The notes: generated by a model from the sequence alone, not told the origin. Counted from the first letter of the stretch, positions 19,964 to 27,750 are shown. The stretch is DNA of 64,000 bases from an uncultured delta proteobacterium (GCA_963790095.1 CAWBNO010000007.1:15852-79851); one strand, 5' to 3'. Program-made: numbers and translations.

Positions 19964-20470
19964 AACCCCCTCCTTTGCTGTAAATAATTGCACCGTTCAC
20001 TTCACTTTCTTTTGTTTTTAAATCGTGAGACAAATCGGGCTGACGAAGCACCATGCGAGAAGAACAACCTGAAAATAGAAACAACATGAGACAAAATATT
20101 AAAAAGTTTTGTCATTTCATTTCCTCTCCTTGTTTCATTCCATGAAGAGAAATAGTTGTAAGTCAACAATTTGAACAGAGGAAATACAGAAGATAGCCTT
20201 TTAAATTAAAATGGTTGCTATTACGTTTAATGAAGATAAAAGTTGTGAAAATGAGGTCAGCAGAACAATAGATGCTCCACAATGAGAATTGATTGGATTA
20301 TGGAAGGCTGATCTCTTAATAAAAATTATATTAAATTATAAATGTTGTCAATAGAATTATAAATAATATTAAATCTATTTTGTTAAAAAGAATACTTAAA
20401 ATTTAGTTCCTAACCGGAATAAAAAAAGGAATATCTTGCCATACTCAGAACCTGAAACCAAATTTCGTTT

Positions 20471-20594
20471 ATTACATATACCATAGAAAATGAATAGGGC
20501 AAATTCCGTAAAAGAACTTCACCCTTATTGTAAAACGATATCACAGGTTCTGAACCCACTGTTAAAATGTTGGATACATTGCAGGTATCGAAAG
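20471..20594 (-). repeat. island repeat family, copy B
   Basis: TAAAACGATATCACAGGTTCTGAACCCACTGTTAAAATGTTGGATACATTGCAGGTATCGAAAG aligns with copy A. The upstream ATTACATATACC is shared with copy D. Confidence 0.7.
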
Positions 20595-20614
20595 CTGGAT
20601 ACCGCAAAGCAAAA

Positions 20615-20648
20615 TAAAAAGCCCCTAAAGTTGGATAACTATAGGGGC
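20615..20648 (-). terminator. intrinsic terminator of the small membrane-protein gene
   Basis: Minus strand reads GCCCCTA-tagttatccaactt-TAGGGGC followed by TTTTTATTTT. Confidence 0.7.
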
Positions 20649-20680
20649 ATAACTACTTCAAAAAGTGATATAATATCATT

Positions 20681-20923
20681 TTACGGTTCGTTTAATGCTT
20701 GTAAATTATCTTGTGTTTTCTTTATTGATGAAGAATGCTCCGGTTCCGATTCATCGTTTGACTTTACCACAGTCTCATTTACAACAACTGCTGAAAGGAA
20801 AGCAGCTGCAAGGATTCCTGAAAGAGCTGCCAATCCTATAAATGCATTGGCTGGGGGAACTGCTGCAAATGAAAAAAGCATAATGGCTGCAACAATTAAT
20901 GCTATACTTTTTTGATTTCTCAT
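20681..20923 (-). CDS. small secreted/membrane protein (80 aa)
   Basis: AGGAGG RBS 8 nt before ATG 20923. MRNQKSIALIVAAIMLFSFAAVPPANA signal peptide, then a second hydrophobic helix and an acidic tail. Confidence 0.6.
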   Translation of the reverse strand: MRNQKSIALIVAAIMLFSFAAVPPANAFIGLAALSGILAAAFLSAVVVNETVVKSNDESEPEHSSSIKKTQDNLQALNEP

Positions 20924-21292
20924 AGTTGCACCTCCTATACTTTGATATGTTTTAAATTTATATGAAAAAGGCACTCCAAATTGACAATAAACCGTCTGAG
21001 ATAAAAAGATCAGATTGCAAAAAGCCAAAAGGATTATTTACCTTAACCATTAATGTAGTGCCACATTGTGGTATGTCAAGATATTCTTTAAAAAATGGAG
21101 CCAATTCTGATAGCTTAAAGGAAAAATTTGGTTCTGTCCGTGGACAAACATGGGGAGAAAGTGGGGAGTTGATAAACAATTATGTGCTTAAAACATCAAT
21201 TCCCAAAAATAGAAGATTTTGAACCGAAATCAATATTGTGGTTGCCATACACAAAACCTAAAGCTAATTCTTATTTTATGCATATAGCATCA

Positions 21293-21352
21293 AAACGAAA
21301 AGAGCAAACCATGAAATAATGATTTGGCCTTTTTGAAAAACAATATCACACG
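21293..21352 (-). repeat. island repeat family, partial copy C
   Basis: GGCCTTTTTGAAAAACAATATCACACG plus the hairpin AGGCCAAA/TTTGCTCT. The distal half of the element is absent. Confidence 0.5.
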
Positions 21353-21439
21353 AAAATTTATTTAATATGATAGGTGTGTTTTAAAGAAAAATATAATTTT
21401 CTACTGTCATTATGCTGTGTTTTTCTTTAGTTTCAATTA

Positions 21440-21679
21440 CTAATTCTCCTCGTCTTTAATTTTACGTTTCCAATAGACCATCACGCCATCTTGGCCGAAA
21501 GAAAGTTGGACAAGTTCCCAGCCTTCCTTACCATGGTTGTTCAGAATATCAGTTAAGATTCTTGTCTGATCTTTCGAGACTTCATCAATACCGCATTGGC
21601 CAGACTTAGAACAAAAATAGATAATTTTATCAAAGGTATCAGCCGAATGCTTGGTAATCTTGTATTCAAAACGTTTCAT
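21440..21679 (-). CDS. DUF4177-like small protein
   Basis: MKRFEYKITKH...LNNHGKEGWELVQL pattern. AAAGGAGG RBS. Confidence 0.6.
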   Translation of the reverse strand: MKRFEYKITKHSADTFDKIIYFCSKSGQCGIDEVSKDQTRILTDILNNHGKEGWELVQLSFGQDGVMVYWKRKIKDEEN

Positions 21680-21892
21680 ACGGCCTCCTTTCTCATTATT
21701 TTATCAATGAACTTAATTTCCTTTCTCTGTTCTGCCTCAGCGAATCGGAAATGTCTATGCCAGAATTTACGCCTTCCGAGTATATGAAGCAGCATACAGC
21801 TTCAGATAAACCATGTTGAAAAGCAAATGTGAATCCCTAAAATATAAAAAGGACCAGGATTTATTCCCGATCCTTTTGAATACTATTTATAT

Positions 21893-22048
21893 TTAACGAC
21901 AGCAAGGATCGACATAACAACAAGGATCAACGTAACAACCACAGGGATCAACTACGTTGCAGCCACATGGATCAATTATATAACAACAGGATTCAGAGGC
22001 TTTTCGATCCGTAGTGTCGGTATTTTCTGATTTTTTATGATCGCTCAT
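21893..22048 (-). CDS. 51-aa cysteine-rich peptide with four DPC(G)C repeats
   Basis: Own translation: MSDHKKSENTDTTDRKASESCCYIIDPCGCNVVDPCGCYVDPCCYVDPCCR. AAAGGAGGTG RBS 5 nt upstream of ATG 22048. A hairpin plus T-run follows at ~21850-21880. Below the 60-aa cutoff of the ORF track. Confidence 0.6.
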   Translation of the reverse strand: MSDHKKSENTDTTDRKASESCCYIIDPCGCNVVDPCGCYVDPCCYVDPCCR

Positions 22049-22330
22049 ACAATCACCTCCTTTAATTTTAGTAGAGGTGAGACGATTGGGACCTCATATT
22101 CCTACCAGTCAATGATTTATTAAAAAATAACAAGGCTACATGCAACCCTATACATAAGTTAATCTCACAATGTGGCACTGTCAATCTTCTTCTTCAAAAG
22201 ATTTTATTAAAATAAAAAACATAGCAATAAGTGGCTTCGTGTTTACATTTTCGATGGTCGAAAATTGAAGGTTTATCAATGAAGTGGAACAAGGGATATC
22301 ATAACCAAAGGTCAAAGCATCTTAATTTCC

Positions 22331-22466
22331 ATTACATATATCGTATTTCTTACAGAAATGCAAAAAAGGCAAACCTTGCAAATGGATTTGCCCTATTGAA
22401 AAACGATATCACACGTCTTTTGAACGCACTGATATTTACATGTTCATTGCAGATGTACGATATCGG
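22331..22466 (-). repeat. island repeat family, copy D
   Basis: ATTTCTTACAGAAATGCAAAAAAGGCAAACCTTGCAAATGGATTTGCCCTATTGAAAAACGATATCACACG aligns closely with copy A. On the minus strand: GGCAAA/TTTGCC hairpin plus TTTTTT. Confidence 0.75.
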
Positions 22467-22570
22467 TAATCGGCCTGCATAAGCGGCTTGCGTGATTTTT
22501 CGCAAGTCCGGCTTAATGCAAAAGTTGGGCAATGGAGTTTGCCCGTTGTCAAAGTTGCCCGTGGCCCGCA

Positions 22571-23416
22571 TTAACCTTTGTCTCTATTCCGGTCATCATA
22601 CCAATACTTTTTTGCAAATTCTTCAACGCGCTTTGATGAGAAACACATTCCATACAGCGCGTATGCGATCAAGGAAAAATAATGCCAGTCTCCATGCTGA
22701 TCAAACTTTCGCATGGAGGTGACTGCCTTTATAGAGGTTACACGGGTCAATTTTTGTTCGCGCGGTCCGCCCAGCTGCCGTAATCGCCACAGAAAATCAA
22801 CATCCTCCGCGAACAGCTTTTGTTCATTGTACCCGCCTATAGCCACAAAATCACTCCGCCGACAAAAAACAACGCCTGTGTCCATGCCTGTTGCCCACGT
22901 CAGCGGCACCATGACCATATACGCCATAACGATACCCAAGGACACACGCTCCATACTGACACCGGTTGCACCCGCGATCACCCTGTTGTTTAAGATAGCA
23001 CGATCAATCGCATTAAACGTGTTGGGATGGATTCGGCTGTCGGCGTCTATAAACGTTAGGATTTCTCCTTGGGAGGCAGCTGCGCCAGCATTACGTACAG
23101 CGGCAATGACGCGTTTTTCTTCATGGACAAGCAGGCATCCACGAGCACTAGCGATCTCCGCAGTTCTATCAGTAGAGGCATTATTAGCGACGATGACTTC
23201 AATTGCGTTGCTGCCACCCTTATAATGAAGACGTGCGATCTCCACCGAGTCAAGCAACGCAGGAAGATAGTCTTGCTCATTATGAGCTGGGATAATCAGC
23301 GAAAACCGAAAAGCAGCCCTTCTTCTCACGTTTAAGTTTTTTTCCTCCACACTGCGACTCACCATATTTGTCCAACTAGTATTATGCGTCCTAAAAATAT
23401 GGGCAAACACGTACAT
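22571..23416 (-). CDS. family 2 glycosyltransferase
   Basis: FSLIIPAHNEQDYLPALLDSV, VIVANNASTDRT and FIDADS (DxD) blocks. The true start may be the internal ATG at 23365. Confidence 0.75.
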   Translation of the reverse strand: MYVFAHIFRTHNTSWTNMVSRSVEEKNLNVRRRAAFRFSLIIPAHNEQDYLPALLDSVEIARLHYKGGSNAIEVIVANNASTDRTAEIASARGCLLVHEEKRVIAAVRNAGAAASQGEILTFIDADSRIHPNTFNAIDRAILNNRVIAGATGVSMERVSLGIVMAYMVMVPLTWATGMDTGVVFCRRSDFVAIGGYNEQKLFAEDVDFLWRLRQLGGPREQKLTRVTSIKAVTSMRKFDQHGDWHYFSLIAYALYGMCFSSKRVEEFAKKYWYDDRNRDKG

Positions 23417-23678
23417 TTATTGATGCCGCATAGTGAAATACAGATGGTTGATTACATGTAGCTTACCAGCATTCAAAGTCCGGCCTTTTTACAGATATCG
23501 TATAAAAAACGGTTAATTAGGTAAGCTGAAATCAGAATTAAAAAGCAATTTTATTAGATTAAAATAGTCGGAATTGGAATTCCGTGAATAAATTGGAGTT
23601 AATTACTTGATGTTACAGGTTATTTTTGATCCTTGTGTTTGGAGAGATATTATAGCAGTCGTCGTAACGTCAAATATC

Positions 23679-23882
23679 TCATTTATTATCAGATTCCTCC
23701 TTTCTTTTCTTCGGCGAAGGCTCTTCGCTATCGTATACCTCAACATAAGCGTTGTGGAAGGGGCATCCTTTTTCCCAGTGATTCCTTACTTTCTGGCCGA
23801 TAAATGATTCTGGATATTTGCGCCCGATGTTGCACCCGGGGCAGACCTTATTCCACCAAGCCAGTACTTTTTTCATTTCCAT
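23679..23882 (-). CDS. small Cys/His-containing protein (possible zinc ribbon)
   Basis: 67 aa; CPGC ... CPFH pairs; lysine/glutamate-rich tail. Confidence 0.45.
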   Translation of the reverse strand: MEMKKVLAWWNKVCPGCNIGRKYPESFIGQKVRNHWEKGCPFHNAYVEVYDSEEPSPKKRKEESDNK

Positions 23883-23923
23883 CTTCGACTCCTTTCGGAG
23901 AGTTTCCCTTAATTTATGAAACG

Positions 23924-24238
23924 TTAAAGCTCACCGGAGCTTGTTTCCGGTGCAGCGGGTTGTTGGACATCGCTGAGAGGGAACTGGTTACGAATCGTTT
24001 TCAAGCGGTTGAATCCCAAGACGGTCACGCCAATACCAATCGCCATTCCAATCACCCCAGCAAACAGAAAGGGGAGATACCAGAATAGTAATGACTGGTC
24101 CGGTTCGCCCATCCTGGCAACGATGGCCTCGGAAACGTACATGACAACGAACACCGCACCCGTGATAGCAATCAAGGTGCCGAAGACTATAGCCACGTAA
24201 GGCAATATCTTATTCGATTCACGATGCTGCGTTCCCAT
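23924..24238 (-). CDS. small two-TM membrane protein
   Basis: 104 aa; two clear hydrophobic helices (YVAIVFGTLIAITGAVFVVMYV and FLFAGVIGMAIGIGVTVLGF). Confidence 0.5.
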   Translation of the reverse strand: MGTQHRESNKILPYVAIVFGTLIAITGAVFVVMYVSEAIVARMGEPDQSLLFWYLPFLFAGVIGMAIGIGVTVLGFNRLKTIRNQFPLSDVQQPAAPETSSGEL

Positions 24239-24316
24239 TCTGACCCTTTCGTTTAAATAGGAGATATTTATTTGATTTTACATCATAAATTGGATCGTCA
24301 TGATTGAATGGATATG

Positions 24317-24928
24317 TCACAAATCGCAAACTTTTTTAAAATTACATCTGTCACGGATTCTTTCATCTTCCACCTTTTTAAAAAACTTTTCATCCTTAGG
24401 TACGTTATTATCCACATCTAATAACAAGGATCTCATGTCCGCCACACTTCCTTTAATATATGACGTGGTATCTTTTATCTCACCTTTCGTAATAGTAAAT
24501 TCTGCTTTTTGATCAGATAAAAGGTTATACTCAATCAGTCTGATATTCTCCGGTTTGATACCCCACTTATCCTGACTATACATCGCATAGCAGGAAAGCT
24601 GGAGGGATATATCCTTGCTGGTTGCCCTTCCAGTTTTCCAATCTATAATCGTTACCCCATCATCGGTTCGGAAACTGCAATCGAGAACTGCCCATATCTT
24701 TAAGCCATCTAAATGGAAAAAGGAAAAATTTTCGACCTCCAGCCAATTTTCTTGTGGAAGATCTTTCAGTAAGGCAAACATCTCAGAACTATAAAAATTC
24801 CTGAGGCATTGCTCCACATCTTGAGCTATAATCAAAAGTTGTGTTTGAGGGATTAGGTGGTGTATCCTCCGGGAGATTGTTTCGCGGCAATAACCCGGCA
24901 TTTTGAACCACAAAATGAAAGGATACAC
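24317..24928 (-). CDS. PD-(D/E)XK (Cas4/RecB-like) nuclease family protein, probably 5'-truncated
   Basis: TIIDWKTGR, QLSCYAMY and the C-terminal RDRCNFKKVC blocks. The N-terminal Cys-containing region expected for this family is absent. The gene start abuts the IS256 fragment. Confidence 0.45.
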   Translation of the reverse strand: MYPFILWFKMPGYCRETISRRIHHLIPQTQLLIIAQDVEQCLRNFYSSEMFALLKDLPQENWLEVENFSFFHLDGLKIWAVLDCSFRTDDGVTIIDWKTGRATSKDISLQLSCYAMYSQDKWGIKPENIRLIEYNLLSDQKAEFTITKGEIKDTTSYIKGSVADMRSLLLDVDNNVPKDEKFFKKVEDERIRDRCNFKKVCDL

Positions 24929-24933
24929 ACACC

Positions 24934-25125
24934 ATGAGCCAAGATAACGTAATCGATTTAAAAAAGCCAGAACCGTTTGTAGAAGATCCCCTTACAGACA
25001 TATTAAGACAAGGAGCAAGACGATTGCTGACAGCAGCGCTGGAAGCCGAAATTGCTCTTTTCTTAGACCGATACAAGGAGATAACTAACGATAAGGGCTG
25101 TCAAAGGGTTGTCCGTAACGGCTAG
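24934..25125 (+). mobile_element. IS256-family transposase, N-terminal 63-aa fragment
   Basis: DPLTDILRQGARRLLTAALEAEIALFLDRY...GCQRVVRNG is the conserved IS256-type N-terminus. It stops where the recombinase fragment begins. Confidence 0.65.
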
Positions 25126-25334
25126 CGGGACTTCCTAAAATTAGATTTCATGACCTCAGACATACCTATGCCAGCCTTTTAATCGAGCAGGGAGAAAATA
25201 TTAAATACATTCAAAATCAACTTGGACATTCAAGTCCAACGGTCACATTGAATGTGTACGCTCACTTGATGAATCCAGTAAATCAAGAGGCTGTTTTAAG
25301 GCTTGAAAATATGATTTTTAAATCAACCGGGTAG
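25119..25334 (+). pseudogene. tyrosine recombinase (phage-integrase family), C-terminal fragment only
   Basis: Own translation: LPKIRFHDLRHTYASLLIEQGENIKYIQNQLGHSSPTVTLNVYAHLMNPVNQEAVLRLENMIFKSTG*. The HxLRH and LGH...Y catalytic boxes are present, but there is no N-terminal part and no start codon. Confidence 0.8.
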
Positions 25335-25399
25335 CAGAAACAAATTAGAAGCCCATGCCATATGTACTATTATTCAGATTTTATTACATTTTATGAATC

Positions 25400-25428
25400 A
25401 TGAAATAAAAAGGCTGGCGGAAAAGTAA
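25400..25428 (+). repeat. 29-bp direct repeat copy 2 (putative attR core)
   Basis: Identical to 8278-8306. Lies 65 nt after the stop of the recombinase fragment. Confidence 0.9.
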
Positions 25429-25512
25429 ACCACCGGCCTCGGAAAAAAATGTCTAATTATGGCTACCATCTTAGTATGACGAACTCGTAAAAAGTCTTTT
25501 GTAAGCGAAATC

Positions 25513-25632
25513 TGATCATTTGGGGATCCAGCGTTTCAAGCGGTGATACGTTAATAATTTGAAGCTGTTTGAGGAGCTTGCGACGAGTTCTTGAAATTTA
25601 GCATCACTGCTTGAAACGCCCCCAAATGGTCA
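25513..25632. repeat. ~120-nt long imperfect palindrome downstream of the GcvH-like operon
   Basis: TGATCATTTGGGG(atcca)GCGTTTCAAGCGGTGAT at 25513-25547 pairs with ATCACTGCTTGAAACGCCCCCAAATGGTCA at 25603-25632. There is also an inner pair AATTTGAAG/CTTGAAATT. Confidence 0.7.
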
Positions 25633-25665
25633 CTGAGCGAGCAAAATGGACTTTTTACGAAACCA

Positions 25666-26592
25666 TCAAGTATGAAGAAAAAGCTTCACAAGCCGATTCC
25701 AGCCGACTCGGGGAATGCTTCCATAGATATCATTCCCCAATTGACCGCCGTCCGCAGCCAACGGGCCTGCCGAATCTTCTATCACCCGATAAAGCCGATG
25801 GACTTCTTGTTTAAAAAAATCTTTTGCTTCACTGCCGATCATCAGATTCTGCAAATCCTCGCGAAGATTTTTTGAATGGACCCTCAAAACCCAGCCGTCA
25901 GCGTACGGATCTTGATTGGCAAGGCTCCCTTCGTCTCTTAATTTGGCGTTGATGGCAGTAACAACACCACTTATCGGTGAAAGCACCTTGGCCTGGTTTG
26001 GACCTCGGCTCATAATGATATCCGCAGAGTCTTGCTCTAAAGGCTTACCAATAAGAGGAGCCTCAATTTGATCGAGAGGACCCAAGACCCGGAGCGCAAA
26101 ATCATCCAATCCAATCCGGACTTCAGAACCTTCTTCCACTTTCACCCAAGCATGTCCTTTATGAAGATAAAATCCATGGGGGATCTTAATGCCTTCGATA
26201 TCCATGAAATCCACCGGCCTGACCACCGCATGGACCGTGTACTGGTCATTAAAATATTGATCAAATTCGCAATCTCCACATTTGTAATCCCTGTTGCAAG
26301 CTTTAAAATCAATGCGTCCTTTCATATGGTGCATGCATGGACGTTTCCACGGATGTCGTTGTTTTAACTTATCTTTCCAAAAAACCATTTGGCCTTTTCT
26401 TCCGGTTGGAATTTTGCCCTTTTTTTTGAGCCTCTCGTTTTCATCGCAAACACGCCTCAAGGCTCTGTCAAAACGGCAACCCGGGCAGTCATAGTTGCTG
26501 ACACAAAATTTGCGTTGAACGACTTCTGCCTGCATCCAAATGCAAGGGCTCTGTTTTTCTGTTGATCGATTCTTCAAAGGGATAGAATCCAT
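25666..26592 (-). CDS. GcvH-like (lipoyl-domain fold) protein with N-terminal double Cys4 module and conserved C-terminal extension, paralogue 1
   Basis: Central block HGFYLHKGHAWVKVEEGSEVRIGLDDFALRVLG...LSPISGVVTAINAKL...NQDPYADGWVLRV resembles glycine-cleavage H protein. N-terminus has CIWMQAEVVQRKFCVSNYDCPGC and CMHHMKGRIDFKACNRDYKCGDC. Confidence 0.7.
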   Translation of the reverse strand: MDSIPLKNRSTEKQSPCIWMQAEVVQRKFCVSNYDCPGCRFDRALRRVCDENERLKKKGKIPTGRKGQMVFWKDKLKQRHPWKRPCMHHMKGRIDFKACNRDYKCGDCEFDQYFNDQYTVHAVVRPVDFMDIEGIKIPHGFYLHKGHAWVKVEEGSEVRIGLDDFALRVLGPLDQIEAPLIGKPLEQDSADIIMSRGPNQAKVLSPISGVVTAINAKLRDEGSLANQDPYADGWVLRVHSKNLREDLQNLMIGSEAKDFFKQEVHRLYRVIEDSAGPLAADGGQLGNDIYGSIPRVGWNRLVKLFLHT

Positions 26593-26682
26593 TGTTTCCT
26601 GCCTTTCTTGAACGCTTCATCAATATTGAAGCTCCCTGAACGACATTATTTTTCAAAGATCCTGGTGTATTAAACATCGATG

Positions 26683-27681
26683 TTATGTTTTGAGAAACGT
26701 TTTCGTCAAATTTTTCCACCCGAGATCCGGAAGATTTCCATAGATATCGTCTTGCAAATAACCGCCATCCGCGGCCAAAGGACCTGCAACGTCTTCTATC
26801 ATGCCTTCCAGGGTGTCGATTTCATGGTTGACCCAATCCAAGCTGTCTGTATCTGACATGAGTTTTTTAACGGTTTTTTTGACATCCGGTGTATGCACCA
26901 TGAAAAGCCAGCCATCACCATAGGGCTCTTGATTGGCGATCGCGGGATTTTCTCTGACCTTTGAATTGACCTCTACAATGACGCCGTCCACCGGGGAAAG
27001 AATATCTGCCAAATTATCCTTCCGTTTCAATCCCCATCCCACACGGTCCATGTCGAGTTCCTTGCCCATCAGGGGAAGATCGAAAGCATCGGCTTTTCCC
27101 AACAGCTTGAGCGCAAAATCGTCCAGACCAATTCGGATATATCCACCGCTTTCAATTCGAGCCCACGTATGCCCGTTATGAAAAAAATACTCCATTGGGA
27201 CATCAAAACCTTTGACATGTTGCACTTCAAAGGGAACATTTTTGGTTTTGGCGGTCCATACTTCCTCGAAGAACTGGTCAAAATCGCATTTGGAACAATT
27301 ATAGTTCAACCCACATATCCTATTTTCGATGCGGCGGGTGAGGCTGTGCCGACACGTTCTATCCCTGCCCGGTCGCTGCCGCATGGCATCTTGCCAGCTC
27401 ATCTGCTTGCCTTTTGTTATCTGCTTCTGCATTCCCAGATCATATTTGCAGGTGTTGCAGTCATAAAAATTGTTGCAGTTTTTAAATTTTACAACACCGG
27501 CCTGCATCCAGATACACGGGTTTGCAGCTTTGGCCGCTCGGTCCGGCTTAAACATCCAGACCTGTCCCCCAAAAACCGCCCCGATCTCCGATTCTTTTCC
27601 CAGATCCTGCCGGATTCCCTTTCTGTAAGAAGAACCGTAACCAAACCGACTTTTTGGGGCCTCTCTTATTTTTTCTGCCAT
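26683..27681 (-). CDS. GcvH-like protein with N-terminal double Cys4 module, paralogue 2
   Basis: Same three-part architecture as paralogue 1: CIWMQAGVVKFKNCNNFYDCNTC; CRHSLTRRIENRICGLNYNCSKC; HNGHTWARIESGGYIRIGLDDFALKLLG...LSPVDGVIVEVNSKV...NQEPYGDGWLFMV; shared tail AGPLAADGG..DDIYG. Confidence 0.7.
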   Translation of the reverse strand: MAEKIREAPKSRFGYGSSYRKGIRQDLGKESEIGAVFGGQVWMFKPDRAAKAANPCIWMQAGVVKFKNCNNFYDCNTCKYDLGMQKQITKGKQMSWQDAMRQRPGRDRTCRHSLTRRIENRICGLNYNCSKCDFDQFFEEVWTAKTKNVPFEVQHVKGFDVPMEYFFHNGHTWARIESGGYIRIGLDDFALKLLGKADAFDLPLMGKELDMDRVGWGLKRKDNLADILSPVDGVIVEVNSKVRENPAIANQEPYGDGWLFMVHTPDVKKTVKKLMSDTDSLDWVNHEIDTLEGMIEDVAGPLAADGGYLQDDIYGNLPDLGWKNLTKTFLKT

Positions 27682-27750
27682 TTTCCTGACTCCTTTGTTT
27701 TATGTTTGGGTTTGGGTTTGTTTTCTTTTGTCTTTTGAAACATTTACAGA

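Noticed and set aside
20003-20116. Small minus-strand ORFs just upstream of the FGE gene (MTKLFNILSHVV... 37 aa, and MLFLFSGCSS... 46 aa with a lipobox-like FSGC).
   Set aside because: Neither has a convincing RBS. The signal peptide would lack an n-region, and the two candidates overlap each other and the FGE start. Evidence is insufficient.
18381-22466. Integron gene-cassette array with attC sites (small co-oriented ORFs separated by conserved repeats, recombinase fragment at one end).
   Set aside because: I could not find paired RYYYAAC / GTTRRRY core sites in the correct orientation, nor the end-to-end complementarity expected of attC. The recombinase fragment lacks IntI-like features and looks like a generic phage integrase. 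I kept this only as an alternative hypothesis in the repeat finding.
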